DNA of 64,000 nucleotides, taken from Coriobacteriia bacterium (GTDB taxonomy: Bacteria > Actinomycetota > Coriobacteriia > Anaerosomatales > JAJZPX01). A program made the translations under genes and the position numbers. Shown here piece after piece: positions 26,703-35,913 of the stretch. The notes beneath the pieces are model-generated. The model ran no database searches and was not told the DNA's origin. It worked only from the letters and a program-made list of their open reading frames with translations. Every line of letters starts with the position of its first letter. Within the stretch, counting starts at the first letter, position 1. The DNA lies in the NCBI GenBank assembly GCA_036504755.1, contig DASXUP010000009.1, positions 35,631 to 99,630 on the forward strand, read 5' to 3'.

Positions 26703-26763
26703 TTGACGCTGGCGCGATAGATGCTTAGAGTGTGGGAAGTATAAGACTTAGTATCGACTAAGT
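26703..26763 (+). promoter_or_regulatory. Putative feoA promoter with downstream palindromic operator candidate
   Basis: TTGACG (26703-26708), 17-nt spacer, TAGAGT (26726-26731). This is followed by ACTTAGT-atcg-ACTAAGT (26746-26763), 36 nt before the feoA ATG. Confidence 0.4.
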
Positions 26764-26798
26764 AGCTGCGCCGAGAGGCGCTTCGATGGGAGAGCCGC

Positions 26799-27101
26799 AT
26801 GGGGAACACGCGCAAGAGCAAGGCCGAGAACGCTCCGCCAGCCGAGGTCTGCGAGGGCTGCGAGCTGCGGTGCACTCTCGACCAGGCGAAGCGCGGCGAC
26901 AAGATGGTCGTGCTCGGCGTCGACGACGACCGCGCGCGCATCCACGCCATCCGTTTCGGGATGGGCGAGGGTGCGTGCGTCCAATGCGTCACCCGCATCC
27001 CAGCCGGCCCCATCGTGCTCCGCAGCGGACGGCAGGAGATCGCCGTCGGCCGCGAGCTCGCGAAGCGCATCACGGTGAGGCCGCAGACCGAGAAGGACTG
27101 A
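26799..27101 (+). CDS. feoA: Ferrous iron transport protein A (FeoA, SH3-like)
   Basis: ORF track 26799..27101. Sequence GDKMVVLGV...IRFGMGEGACVQCV...GPIVLRSGRQEIAVGRELAKRITV. Immediately precedes feoB. Confidence 0.8.
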   Translation: MGNTRKSKAENAPPAEVCEGCELRCTLDQAKRGDKMVVLGVDDDRARIHAIRFGMGEGACVQCVTRIPAGPIVLRSGRQEIAVGRELAKRITVRPQTEKD

Positions 27102-27103
27102 CG

Positions 27104-28957
27104 ATGGCCCACTGCGCACCCGGCGGCCTCATACTCGCCGAGGACGCTCGCACTATCGTGCTGGCAGGCAACCCGAACGTCGGCAAGTCGGTCGTGTTCA
27201 ACGCGCTCACCGGCACGTACGTCGACGTCTCGAACTTCCCGGGGACGACCGTCGAGCTCACGAGCGGCAAGCTCGGGGAAAGCGACGTCGTCGACACGCC
27301 GGGCATCTACGGCGTCTCCAGCTTCAACGACGAGGAGACGGTGGCGCGCGACATCGTGCTGTCGGGCGACATCGTCGTCAACGTCGTCGACGCCGTGCAT
27401 CTCGAGCGCGATCTCTTCCTCACGCTGCAGCTGGTCGACATGGGCAAGCCGCTCGTCGTCGCGCTCAACATGGTCGACGAGGCGCGGCGCGAGGGCGTCG
27501 TGATCGACCGCGACCTGCTCGAGGACCTCCTCGGCGTGCCGGTGATCGAGATGGTGGCCGTCAAGGGGGTCGGCATCGAGGAGCTGAAGGCGGCGCTGCC
27601 GAAGGCGCGCGACGGCCATGCCGACCACGGGTTCGAGGATGAGCTGTTCGAGCTCGCCGCGCACACCGGGTCGCGCGCGGAGGCTCTGATGGTGCTCGAG
27701 GGCGACGAGTGCGTCGCCGAGCGCCACGGGCTGACTCCGGGCACGGCGGCCGAGCGCGAGCACATCTACACGCTGCGGCGCCGCCGGGTGAACGACATCG
27801 TCGGGCACGTCGTGACCACGACCACCGAGGGCGCGAGCATCGGCGCGCACCTGAGCTACCTCATGCTGCAGCCCGCGACCGGACTCCCCATGCTCGGTCT
27901 GCTGCTGTGGGGGATGTACAAGGTGCTCGGGCAGTGGATCGCTGGCGGTCTCGTCGGCATCACCGAGGGCGTCGTCATGAAGGGCTACTGGGAACCGTTC
28001 GCGCGCGGGATCATCGCGCATGCGTTCCCGGCGGGCACGTGGCCGTACACGTTCCTCGCGGGCGAGTTCGGTGTGGTGACCATGACCGCCACTTACCTGC
28101 TCGGCGTCATCCTGCCGCTCGTCACCGGCTTCTACGTGCTGCTGGCGTTGCTCGAGGACTCCGGCTACCTGCCGAGGATAGCGGCGCTCGCGGATCGCGC
28201 GCTGACATCGATGGGACTCAACGGGCGCGCGGTCATCCCGCTCATCCTCGGCCTCGGCTGCGTGACGATGGGGACGCTGACGACGCGGATCCTCGGGAAC
28301 AAACGCGAGCGCTTCATCGCGACCGCGCTCATGGCGATCGCGGTGCCGTGCTCGGCGCAGATCGCGGTGATCGCCGCTCTCATGACCCGCGTGGGTGTGT
28401 GGTACACGCTGGGGTACTTCGGCGTGCTGCTCGGGATCTTCGTCGGGCTGGGGACGGCGCTGGAGAGGCTCACGCCGGGGACGTCCACCGATCTGCTGAT
28501 CGACCTGCCGAGCCTGCGCATCCCGCGGCTCGGGAACGTGGCGCGCAAGACCGGGATGAAGGTGTGGCACTTCATGAAGGAGGTCGCCGCGTTCTTCCTG
28601 GTGGGCGCGGTGCTGATCTCGACCCTGCAGGTCACCGGCGCGCTCGCGTGGATCCAGCGGATCGCCACGCCGCTGACGGTCGGGTGGCTGCATCTGCCGC
28701 CCCAGGCGGCGACTGCGTTCGTGATGGGCTTCGTGCGGCGCGACTTCGGGGCGGCGGGGTTCTTCACGATGCACCTCACCGACCCGCAGCTGTTGGTGGC
28801 GATGGTCACGATCACGCTGTTCGTCCCGTGCATCGCCTCCGTCATGGTGATCATGAAGGAGCGCGGCGTCGCGTACCTCGCGGGCCTGCTCGCGGGCTCG
28901 CTGGCGCTGGCGTTCCTCCTCGGCGGACTGCTCGCCCGGCTCCTGGCGGTGATCTAG
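27104..28957 (+). CDS. feoB: Ferrous iron transport protein B (FeoB)
   Basis: Frame of ORF 26786..28957 from ATG 27104. G-domain motifs GNPNVGKSVVFNALTG and DTPGIY, followed by a polytopic membrane domain. Confidence 0.9.
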   Translation: MAHCAPGGLILAEDARTIVLAGNPNVGKSVVFNALTGTYVDVSNFPGTTVELTSGKLGESDVVDTPGIYGVSSFNDEETVARDIVLSGDIVVNVVDAVHLERDLFLTLQLVDMGKPLVVALNMVDEARREGVVIDRDLLEDLLGVPVIEMVAVKGVGIEELKAALPKARDGHADHGFEDELFELAAHTGSRAEALMVLEGDECVAERHGLTPGTAAEREHIYTLRRRRVNDIVGHVVTTTTEGASIGAHLSYLMLQPATGLPMLGLLLWGMYKVLGQWIAGGLVGITEGVVMKGYWEPFARGIIAHAFPAGTWPYTFLAGEFGVVTMTATYLLGVILPLVTGFYVLLALLEDSGYLPRIAALADRALTSMGLNGRAVIPLILGLGCVTMGTLTTRILGNKRERFIATALMAIAVPCSAQIAVIAALMTRVGVWYTLGYFGVLLGIFVGLGTALERLTPGTSTDLLIDLPSLRIPRLGNVARKTGMKVWHFMKEVAAFFLVGAVLISTLQVTGALAWIQRIATPLTVGWLHLPPQAATAFVMGFVRRDFGAAGFFTMHLTDPQLLVAMVTITLFVPCIASVMVIMKERGVAYLAGLLAGSLALAFLLGGLLARLLAVI

Positions 28958-29128
28958 ATGGGGACCCCGATCGAGCGCGCGCAGCTCGCGCCGAAACTGG
29001 AGTGCCCGCGCTGCGGTCTGGTGGCCGAGGGGCTGCGGTGCCCGCGATGCAACGCCGTGAAGGTGGCGGGGTGCGGCGGCAGCTGCAAGGGCTGCAAGGT
29101 CGGGTGCGGGGTGCGGCGGAAAGGGTAG
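28958..29128 (+). CDS. Small Cys-rich protein immediately after feoB (56 aa)
   Basis: Below the ORF-track cutoff. The ATG abuts the feoB stop. Translation: MGTPIERAQLAPKLECPRCGLVAEGLRCPRCNAVKVAGCGGSCKGCKVGCGVRRKG. It has two CPRC pairs plus a GCGGSCKGCKVGCG tail. Confidence 0.45.
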   Translation: MGTPIERAQLAPKLECPRCGLVAEGLRCPRCNAVKVAGCGGSCKGCKVGCGVRRKG

Positions 29129-29141
29129 CGGGCAACCGCTC

Positions 29142-31010
29142 TTAGGCGCTGGCGGCTTGCCGCGCGCGGGCGCGCCTCGCCTCGAAGCCGGGGGCGACCT
29201 CCTCGAACAGCGCGAACAGCGCGGCGCGGTCGTTCTCCTCGGCCGCCTCGATCATCTCCGCGATGCGCTCGACGATCGGACTCCCGAGCACGGGCAGCGA
29301 CGTGAGGACGAGGATCTTCTCGTGCCTGGACGGCAGGACGCTCTCGGACGCTCCCGTGAGCACCTCGTGCAGCTTCTCGCCGGGGCGCAGACCCGTGAAC
29401 ACGATCTCGATCCGCGCGCCGCTGAGCGCGATCATCTTCTTGGCGAGATCGAGGATCCGCACAGGCTCGCCCATGTCGAGGACGAACACGTCCGTTCGCC
29501 GGCTGAACGCCTGCGCCTGGAGCACGAGACTCGCGGCCTCGGGGATCGTCATGAAGTAGCGGGTGACCTCGGGGTGGGTGACCTGCAGCGGGCCGCCGCG
29601 ACGCAGCTGCGTCTCGAAGATCGGGACGACGCTGCTCCTGCTGCCCAAGACGTTGCCGAACCGCACGATGCAGCCTGACAGGCCGTTGGCACAGTAGTGC
29701 AGCGTGAGCAGCTCGCCCACGTGCTTCGTCAGCCCCATGACGCTCGACGGCTCGACCGCTTTGTCCGTCGAGATGAACACGAAACGGCTGACGCCCTTGG
29801 TGCGCGCAGCATCGAGCAGGTTCCGCGTACCGAGGACGTTGGTCAGCACCGCCTCGGCGGGCGCGAGCTCCATGAGCGGGACATGCTTGTACGCCGCGGC
29901 GTGCAGCACGAGGTCCACGGGCTCCTCGTCGAAGATCGCGTCCACTCTGCGCCGGTCGCGGATGTCGGCGATCCGCATCACGAAGACGTCCGGCGCCGAC
30001 TCGCGCAGCTCGAGCCAGGTGTCGTAGAGGCGCGACTCGTCGATGTCCACCATCACCACCCGAGCCGGGCCATGACGCAGGACGTTCCGGCAGAGCTCCG
30101 AGCCGATCGAACCCGCGGCGCCGGTGATCATCACCACGCGCGCGTTGATCGATCCGGCGAGGCTGTCCAGATCGAGGCGCACCGGCTCTCGGCCGAGAAG
30201 GTCCTCGATGCGCACCGCATGGAAATCCGACAAGCCGAAACCATGACCTGAAGCCAGCGACGTCGTGGTCTTGGTGGGGACGCCGGCCTTGGTGCAGATG
30301 TCGAGGATGCGGCGGCGCTCCTCAGGCCGCGCGGAGGGCAGGGCGACGAAGACCTCGTCGACCCGCAAGGACTCGATCCGATCGGCGAGAGTGCCGATCG
30401 GGCCCAGGACTCGAACGCCCCTGAGCCGGCGCCCGACCTTGCTCGTGTCGTCGTCGAGGAAGCCGGCCACGCGCAGCCCGAGCTGCGGCTGGTTCTCGAT
30501 GTCACGCAGCAGCAGCGAGCCCGCGTCGCCGGCGCCGATGACGAGCACGTTGCGCGCGTCGCGAGAGGGTACCCGGGCCCGGAACCACGCATTCGTGCGG
30601 ACGATGCCGCGCACCGCCGAGGTGCCCACGAGCGTGTAGGCGGTCGCGATGAACACGATCCCCACGGGCAGGAGCCGGTGCCCGCCTCTCATCTGCCAGC
30701 CGAGGTCGGTGACGACGAGGAGGACGCTTCCGGACAGGCACGCGCCGATGACCTTGAGGAAAGTGTCGATCCCGATGTAGCGCCAGACGTGGCGGTACAG
30801 GTCGAAGAGCATGAACACGCCGAGGAAGACGACCATCGCCAGAGCGGTCGCGAACCAGCGGCTCTGCTGGAACTCCGGCGTCGGGGGTCCGCCGAAGCGG
30901 CTGAAGTAGGCGAACTGCATCGACAAGAACACGATCAGCGCGTCGACGGCGAAAAGGCTCAGGCCGAGGCCCTCGGCCCTCGCTCTGATCCTGGAGACGA
31001 GGTCACGCAC
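29142..31010 (-). CDS. Membrane-bound NDP-sugar 4,6-dehydratase, CapD/PglF/WbpM family
   Basis: ORF track 29142..31010 (-). Four N-terminal TM helices. Rossmann motif ITGAAGSIGSEL. STDKAVEPSSVMGLTK (SYK-type active-site region). Confidence 0.85.
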   Translation of the reverse strand: MRDLVSRIRARAEGLGLSLFAVDALIVFLSMQFAYFSRFGGPPTPEFQQSRWFATALAMVVFLGVFMLFDLYRHVWRYIGIDTFLKVIGACLSGSVLLVVTDLGWQMRGGHRLLPVGIVFIATAYTLVGTSAVRGIVRTNAWFRARVPSRDARNVLVIGAGDAGSLLLRDIENQPQLGLRVAGFLDDDTSKVGRRLRGVRVLGPIGTLADRIESLRVDEVFVALPSARPEERRRILDICTKAGVPTKTTTSLASGHGFGLSDFHAVRIEDLLGREPVRLDLDSLAGSINARVVMITGAAGSIGSELCRNVLRHGPARVVMVDIDESRLYDTWLELRESAPDVFVMRIADIRDRRRVDAIFDEEPVDLVLHAAAYKHVPLMELAPAEAVLTNVLGTRNLLDAARTKGVSRFVFISTDKAVEPSSVMGLTKHVGELLTLHYCANGLSGCIVRFGNVLGSRSSVVPIFETQLRRGGPLQVTHPEVTRYFMTIPEAASLVLQAQAFSRRTDVFVLDMGEPVRILDLAKKMIALSGARIEIVFTGLRPGEKLHEVLTGASESVLPSRHEKILVLTSLPVLGSPIVERIAEMIEAAEENDRAALFALFEEVAPGFEARRARARQAASA

Positions 31011-32223
31011 GGGACGCCCTCCCGAGGACCTTGGTGAGCGCCGAGCACCCGTCGGCCATGTCGCCTTCGGAAAGCGTGGGATGGACGAGGAACATCAGCG
31101 ACGTCTCCCCGAGCTCGCGTGCCACGGGCAGCGGCTCGAGCGGCGCGAGTCCGGAGCGCACGAACGCCTGCTCCCGGTAGATCTCGGCGCAGGCGCCCAC
31201 TCCGCACGGCCAGCCCTCGGCGGAGACCGCCTCTGCGATGCGGTCGCGCGTCCAGCCCTCCGCGAGGTGCTCCGGCTCGACGAACGCGTAGAACTTGTAG
31301 AAGGCGTGCCCGGCCTCGGCGGGCGACGCGGCGACCCGGATGGCCGGGAACTCGCGCAGGCACGACGCGAGGGCCGCGGCGTTCGCGCGGCGCCGCTCGA
31401 TCCATCCGTCGACCTTCGGCAGGCAGGTCCGGCCGATCGCCGCTTGCAGCTCGGTCATGCGCCAGTTGGTCCCGAACGCGTCGTGCAGCCACCGGAACTC
31501 CGTGGACGGTCCGCCGCGCTCGTTCATCGCCGCCGGCGTCTTGCCGTGATCCTTGAAGGACCACGCGCGCTCCCAGACACCGTCGTCGCCGGTCACGAGC
31601 ATCCCGCCCTCGCCGCCGGTGGTCAAGATCTTGTCCTGGCAGAAGGAGAAGGCGGCGGCGTCGCTCCGGCAGCCCACCCTGCGACCGCCGTACGTCGCCC
31701 CCAGCGCCTGCGCGCAGTCCTCGATGACGTACGCGCCCCGCTCTCGGGCGACGCCGGCGATCGCGTCGATGTCGGCAGGCCAACCGGCGAGGTGCACGGC
31801 GATGACGGCGCGCGTCCGGTCGGTCATCGCGGCGGCGACGGTCGCAGCGGTCACGTTCTGGCTGTCGCGATCGACGTCGGCGAACACGGGTCGTGCACCG
31901 CGCATGACCACCGCGCTCGCCGAGGCCACGAACGTCCGCGGCGGGACGACGACGTCGTCGTCCGGACCTACCCCGAGCGCCTCGAGCGCGAGCTCCAAGG
32001 CGACGGTGCCGTTCGCGACGGCGACGGCGTGACGAGCCCCCACGAACTCCGCGAACTCGCGCTCGAACGCGCGGCCCTCCTCGCCGGTCCAGTAGTTCAC
32101 CCGTCCCGAGCGCAGCACGCGTTCGGCCGAGGCGATCTCGTCGTCGGCGAAGAACGGCCACGGGGGCAGGGGGGCGGTCCGGACGGGCATACCGCCGTCC
32201 ACGGCAAGCTGAGCAAGGGTCAT
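31003..32223 (-). CDS. DegT/DnrJ/EryC1/StrS (PglE-like) PLP-dependent sugar aminotransferase
   Basis: ORF 31003..32388 (-) from MTLAQL (ATG 32223). Sequence FSFCQDKILTTGGEGGMLVT contains the PLP-lysine region. Confidence 0.85.
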   Translation of the reverse strand: MTLAQLAVDGGMPVRTAPLPPWPFFADDEIASAERVLRSGRVNYWTGEEGRAFEREFAEFVGARHAVAVANGTVALELALEALGVGPDDDVVVPPRTFVASASAVVMRGARPVFADVDRDSQNVTAATVAAAMTDRTRAVIAVHLAGWPADIDAIAGVARERGAYVIEDCAQALGATYGGRRVGCRSDAAAFSFCQDKILTTGGEGGMLVTGDDGVWERAWSFKDHGKTPAAMNERGGPSTEFRWLHDAFGTNWRMTELQAAIGRTCLPKVDGWIERRRANAAALASCLREFPAIRVAASPAEAGHAFYKFYAFVEPEHLAEGWTRDRIAEAVSAEGWPCGVGACAEIYREQAFVRSGLAPLEPLPVARELGETSLMFLVHPTLSEGDMADGCSALTKVLGRASRA

Positions 32224-32849
32224 TCGCCGGCTCCACGTGGCGTCTTCGCGGACAGGGGGCGAGCGGGCACGCCCACCACAGTCTGACCCGGGAGGACATC
32301 CTTTGTCACGACCGCGCCCGCACCTGTCACGGCGCCGTCGCCCACCCGGCAGCCCGGGAGGACGACGGCCGAGGTCCCGCACGTGCACGCCGAGCCGACG
32401 GCGCTGAAGCCTCCGAGCCGAACCCCGCTCGCGAGGTGGCAGTGCGCGCCGACCTTGCAGTCGTGGGCGACGTAGCAGCCGACGTTGAGGAGCACGTTCT
32501 CGGCCACGCGCGCGTTCGCGCTCACCGCCGTGAACGGCATGACGAGACTCGCATCGCCCAGCACCGCCGATGGGCTGACGATCGCGCTCGGGTCGACGAG
32601 CGCGGGCAGCAGGAAGCGGCCGTGCGTCATCGAGAAGAACCGCGCACGGAGCGTCGGGTCCCCGACGGCGATCACAGCCGCGTCAGCTCGAACGCCGTCC
32701 AGTGAGGACACGACCGGAAGCCCGGAGGGGTCGTGCGTCTCGGCCTCGGCGGACTCGGAGAAGAACGCCGAGGGGGTGTGCCCGAGCCGGACGAGCATGT
32801 CGGCGACTTCGCGGGAGAACCCTCCTGCTCCCATCACGAGGAACCTCAT
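32220..32849 (-). CDS. NeuD/PglD-family sugar N-acetyltransferase (left-handed beta-helix)
   Basis: C-terminal 209 aa of ORF 32220..33677 (-), starting MRFLVMGAGGFSREV (Rossmann-like N-domain), then hexapeptide repeats (NVGCYVAHDCKVGAHCHLASGVRLGG). ATGA-type overlaps on both sides. Confidence 0.8.
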   Translation of the reverse strand: MRFLVMGAGGFSREVADMLVRLGHTPSAFFSESAEAETHDPSGLPVVSSLDGVRADAAVIAVGDPTLRARFFSMTHGRFLLPALVDPSAIVSPSAVLGDASLVMPFTAVSANARVAENVLLNVGCYVAHDCKVGAHCHLASGVRLGGFSAVGSACTCGTSAVVLPGCRVGDGAVTGAGAVVTKDVLPGQTVVGVPARPLSAKTPRGAGE

Positions 32850-33490
32850 GGCGTCAGCGTCTCGGTAGGCTCGGGCGTGCCGGTGAAGCGCGGCATGCCG
32901 ACGCCGCCGGCGTGCCCGATCCCTTCGCCGGAGACCACGCTCACGAACGTCGCGCCCAGGATCCTGAGGTCTTCGGCGAATGACGCCCGATCGACGTAGC
33001 GCACGTCGAACTCGAACCGCTCCTCCCAGTTCAGCGAATTGCGACCGTTGACCTGCGCGAGGCCGGTGATCCCCGGCTTCACGAGGTGCCGGCGCGTCTG
33101 CTCGGCGTTGTAGAGCGGCAGGTACTCGACGAGCAGCGGACGCGGGCCCACCAGGCTCATCTCGCCGCGCAGCACGTTCCACAGTTGGGGCAGCTCGTCG
33201 ATGCTCGTGCGCCGGAGGAAGCTCCCCACGGCGGTCACGCGCTCGTCGTCGGGGAGCGGCCGCCCGTCGGGGCCGGTCTCGTCGCGCATCGTGCGCAGCT
33301 TGATGAGGCCGAAGGGCTTCCCGCCGAGGCCGGCTCGTTCCTGCCGGAACACGATGGGGCTTCCGATGAAGAGCCTGACGGCGGCGGCCGCGGGCAGCAG
33401 CACGGGCGCCACCACCACGAGCCCCACCGACGACACGAGAAGGTCCAGACCGCGCTTGACGGATCGGTAGAAGGACAAGACGGATGACAC
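32846..33490 (-). CDS. Small monotopic phosphoglycosyl transferase (PglC/WbaP-C-terminal family, 'bacterial sugar transferase')
   Basis: ORF track 32846..33490 (-). Motifs KRGLDLLVSSVGLVV, FRQERAGLGGKPFGLIKLRTM, DELPQLWNVLRGEMSLVGPRP. Confidence 0.85.
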   Translation of the reverse strand: MSSVLSFYRSVKRGLDLLVSSVGLVVVAPVLLPAAAAVRLFIGSPIVFRQERAGLGGKPFGLIKLRTMRDETGPDGRPLPDDERVTAVGSFLRRTSIDELPQLWNVLRGEMSLVGPRPLLVEYLPLYNAEQTRRHLVKPGITGLAQVNGRNSLNWEERFEFDVRYVDRASFAEDLRILGATFVSVVSGEGIGHAGGVGMPRFTGTPEPTETLTP

Positions 33491-33580
33491 CTCCGCTACG
33501 CAGGATAGCCTTTGGGGCCGTCCCGCGCGACCGCATCAGCCGCTCGCTCGTCGCCTCCGCCCGCGCCGGAAGCCTGTAGA

Positions 33581-34807
33581 ATGTGTGCGTCCGCTGCACA
33601 GCGGCCTCCCGACCCCGCAGGTGACGCCTTGCGCGAAGACAGCACCGCCCCCTCGACGTCCGGCGACGCACCCTCACGACCCCTGCGCCTGCTGGTCGTG
33701 TCGCACCTCTACCCGTCCGACGGCAAGCGCAGCTGGGGGGTGTTCGTCCGCGAGCAGATAGGCGCTCTCGGCGACGCCGCCGAGGCTACCCTGGTCGTCG
33801 GACGCTACACGCCCCGCGCGGGGCGCGCGCCGGCGTTCCCGCCGGCCAACGGCCGCCTCGTCGAGGTCGACCTGCCGTGGGTGCGCTGGCTGCCCTCGTT
33901 CCTCAAGGTGGCGTGGGCCGTGCCCGCGTACTACGCCGGGGCGCTGCGCGCCGCGCGCGCGCAGGAGCGCCCGTTCGACGTCGTGCACGCGTTCTACGGC
34001 TTCCCGGACGGCGTGGTAGGCATCATGCTCGGCCGAAAGCTCGGGCTCCCGGTCGTGGTGACGCTGCTCGGCGCCGACTTCAACCGCCAGCTCGCGCGGC
34101 CCGGCGCGGGCGGCATCATCGGAAGGCTGCTGTCGCGCGCCCGGTTCATCATCGGCGTGAGCTCCGGCATCGTGGACGGGATGCGCGAGCGGTTCGTGCT
34201 GAGCGAGCGGCAGGTCGTCCGCCTGCCGAACGGCTACAACGACAGCGAGATCCGCGTCCACGCGCCGCGCCGCGCCGAGTACTTCCTCTTCGTCGCGAGC
34301 CTCATCCCCAGGAAGAACCCCGACGTGCTGCTGCGCGCGTACGCCGGCATCGCCGCCGAGGTGCCGCTCGACCTCGTCATCGTCGGCGACGGGCCGATGA
34401 TGGGGCAGTTGCGCGAGATGGTGCGCGAGCTCGGGATCGGGTCTCGCGTGCGCTTCGAGGGCGAGCGCGATCACTCCGAGCTCGACGGCTACCTTGCGAA
34501 GGCCGCGGCGTACGTCCTTCCGAGCAGCAGCGAAGGCCTCGCCGTGGCGGTGAACGAAGCGCTCGCGTCGGGCACGCCCGTGATCGCGACGGACATCCCC
34601 GGGACGCGCGAGCAGGTCACCTCGGAAGCGTTGGGATACCTCGTGCCGGTCGGAGATGCCGAGGCCCTCGCCGAGGCGCTCCTGCGGGCGGCACGGACGC
34701 CGTGGGACCACGCGCGCATCGCCGCGGAGTGCGGCGTGCTCACGTGGCGGGAGCACGGGCGCGAGCTGCTGCGGATCTATCGAGAGGCCGCGGAGGGTGC
34801 CGGGTGA
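33581..34807 (+). CDS. Glycosyltransferase family 4 (GT-B, group 1)
   Basis: Frame of ORF 33512..34807. Sequence SSSEGLAVAVNEALASGTPVIATDIPGTRE (E-x7-E region). The start is uncertain: ATG 33581 has no SD, and TTG 33629 follows AGGTGA. Confidence 0.75.
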   Translation: MCASAAQRPPDPAGDALREDSTAPSTSGDAPSRPLRLLVVSHLYPSDGKRSWGVFVREQIGALGDAAEATLVVGRYTPRAGRAPAFPPANGRLVEVDLPWVRWLPSFLKVAWAVPAYYAGALRAARAQERPFDVVHAFYGFPDGVVGIMLGRKLGLPVVVTLLGADFNRQLARPGAGGIIGRLLSRARFIIGVSSGIVDGMRERFVLSERQVVRLPNGYNDSEIRVHAPRRAEYFLFVASLIPRKNPDVLLRAYAGIAAEVPLDLVIVGDGPMMGQLREMVRELGIGSRVRFEGERDHSELDGYLAKAAAYVLPSSSEGLAVAVNEALASGTPVIATDIPGTREQVTSEALGYLVPVGDAEALAEALLRAARTPWDHARIAAECGVLTWREHGRELLRIYREAAEGAG

Positions 34808-35913
34808 GCGGCGAGCCGTCGGTCGCATACCTGTGCCTCCAGGCCGCCCGGCAGGGGCAGGCGAGCTATGCGCACGTGCACGAGATCGTCGACGGACTGC
34901 GCCGCCGAGGCCTCGGCGTGACCCTGTTCGACGTCGCTTACGCCGCCGAGGGGGCCCGCGTGCCGGGACCGGCCGGACGGCTGCTGGAGTTCAGGCGGAC
35001 CCAGCGCCGGCTGGCCGCTTCCTCGCTCGGCGCGGACGCCGTCTACGTGCGGGCCCATCCGGCGGCGAGGCCGACGTCGCGGTGGGCGCGCGGCCTCGGG
35101 ATCCCGGTGGTGCAGGAGGTGAACGGCCCCTACGCCGACGTCTTCGCCGCGTGGCCGGCCATGCGCCCGTTCGAGCGGTGGTTGGTCGCCGCGATGCGCG
35201 AGCAGTACCGTGCCGCCGACGCGCTCATCACCGTGACGCCGCAGCTCGCCGAGTGGCTCTCCGCCGAGACGGGCCGCTCGGACGTGCACGTGATCCCGAA
35301 CGGCGCCAACACCTCCGTCTTCACGCCCGGCGCGCCGCGGCGCTCCGGCCTGCCCGGCCGCTACGCGGTCTTCTTCGGCGCGTTCGCCCCCTGGCAGGGC
35401 ATCGGCACGCTGCTCGAGGCGCTCCGCCGGCCCCAGTGGCCTGCCGGGGTGTCCCTCGTGCTGGTTGGCGACGGGGCGGAGAGACCGGCGGTCGCTGAGG
35501 CAGCCGCGGAAGATCCGCGCGTGGTCTACCTCGGCGGCTTGGGGTATCGCGAGCTGCCGGGCGTGGTGGCGGGGGCGCTCGCTGGCGTCGTGCCGGCGGC
35601 CGGCGGCCGGGCGGCCACCGGGCTGTCGCCGCTGAAGCTGTACGAGACGCTGGCGTGCGGCGTGCCCGCGATCGTCACCGACTTCCCGGGGCAGGCCGAC
35701 CTCGTCCGCGACCGCGGCACCGGCCTGGTGGTGCCGCCCGAGGACCCCGCCGCGCTGGCCTCGGCCGTGGCTACTCTCGCCGGGAGCCCGCAGGAGGCGG
35801 TCGCCATGGGCCGCCGAGGGCGCGAGGTCGTGGCGGCGGAGCACTCGTGGGACGCGCGCGCCGCCGCGACCGCCGAGGTGATCGCGTCGGTGGTGGAGGC
35901 GCGCCGCCGATGA
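34804..35913 (+). CDS. Glycosyltransferase family 4
   Basis: Frame of ORF 33877..35913 from GTG 34804 (GTGA overlap with the previous gene). Sequence GLSPLKLYETLACGVPAIVTDFPGQAD. Confidence 0.75.
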   Translation: MSGEPSVAYLCLQAARQGQASYAHVHEIVDGLRRRGLGVTLFDVAYAAEGARVPGPAGRLLEFRRTQRRLAASSLGADAVYVRAHPAARPTSRWARGLGIPVVQEVNGPYADVFAAWPAMRPFERWLVAAMREQYRAADALITVTPQLAEWLSAETGRSDVHVIPNGANTSVFTPGAPRRSGLPGRYAVFFGAFAPWQGIGTLLEALRRPQWPAGVSLVLVGDGAERPAVAEAAAEDPRVVYLGGLGYRELPGVVAGALAGVVPAAGGRAATGLSPLKLYETLACGVPAIVTDFPGQADLVRDRGTGLVVPPEDPAALASAVATLAGSPQEAVAMGRRGREVVAAEHSWDARAAATAEVIASVVEARRR

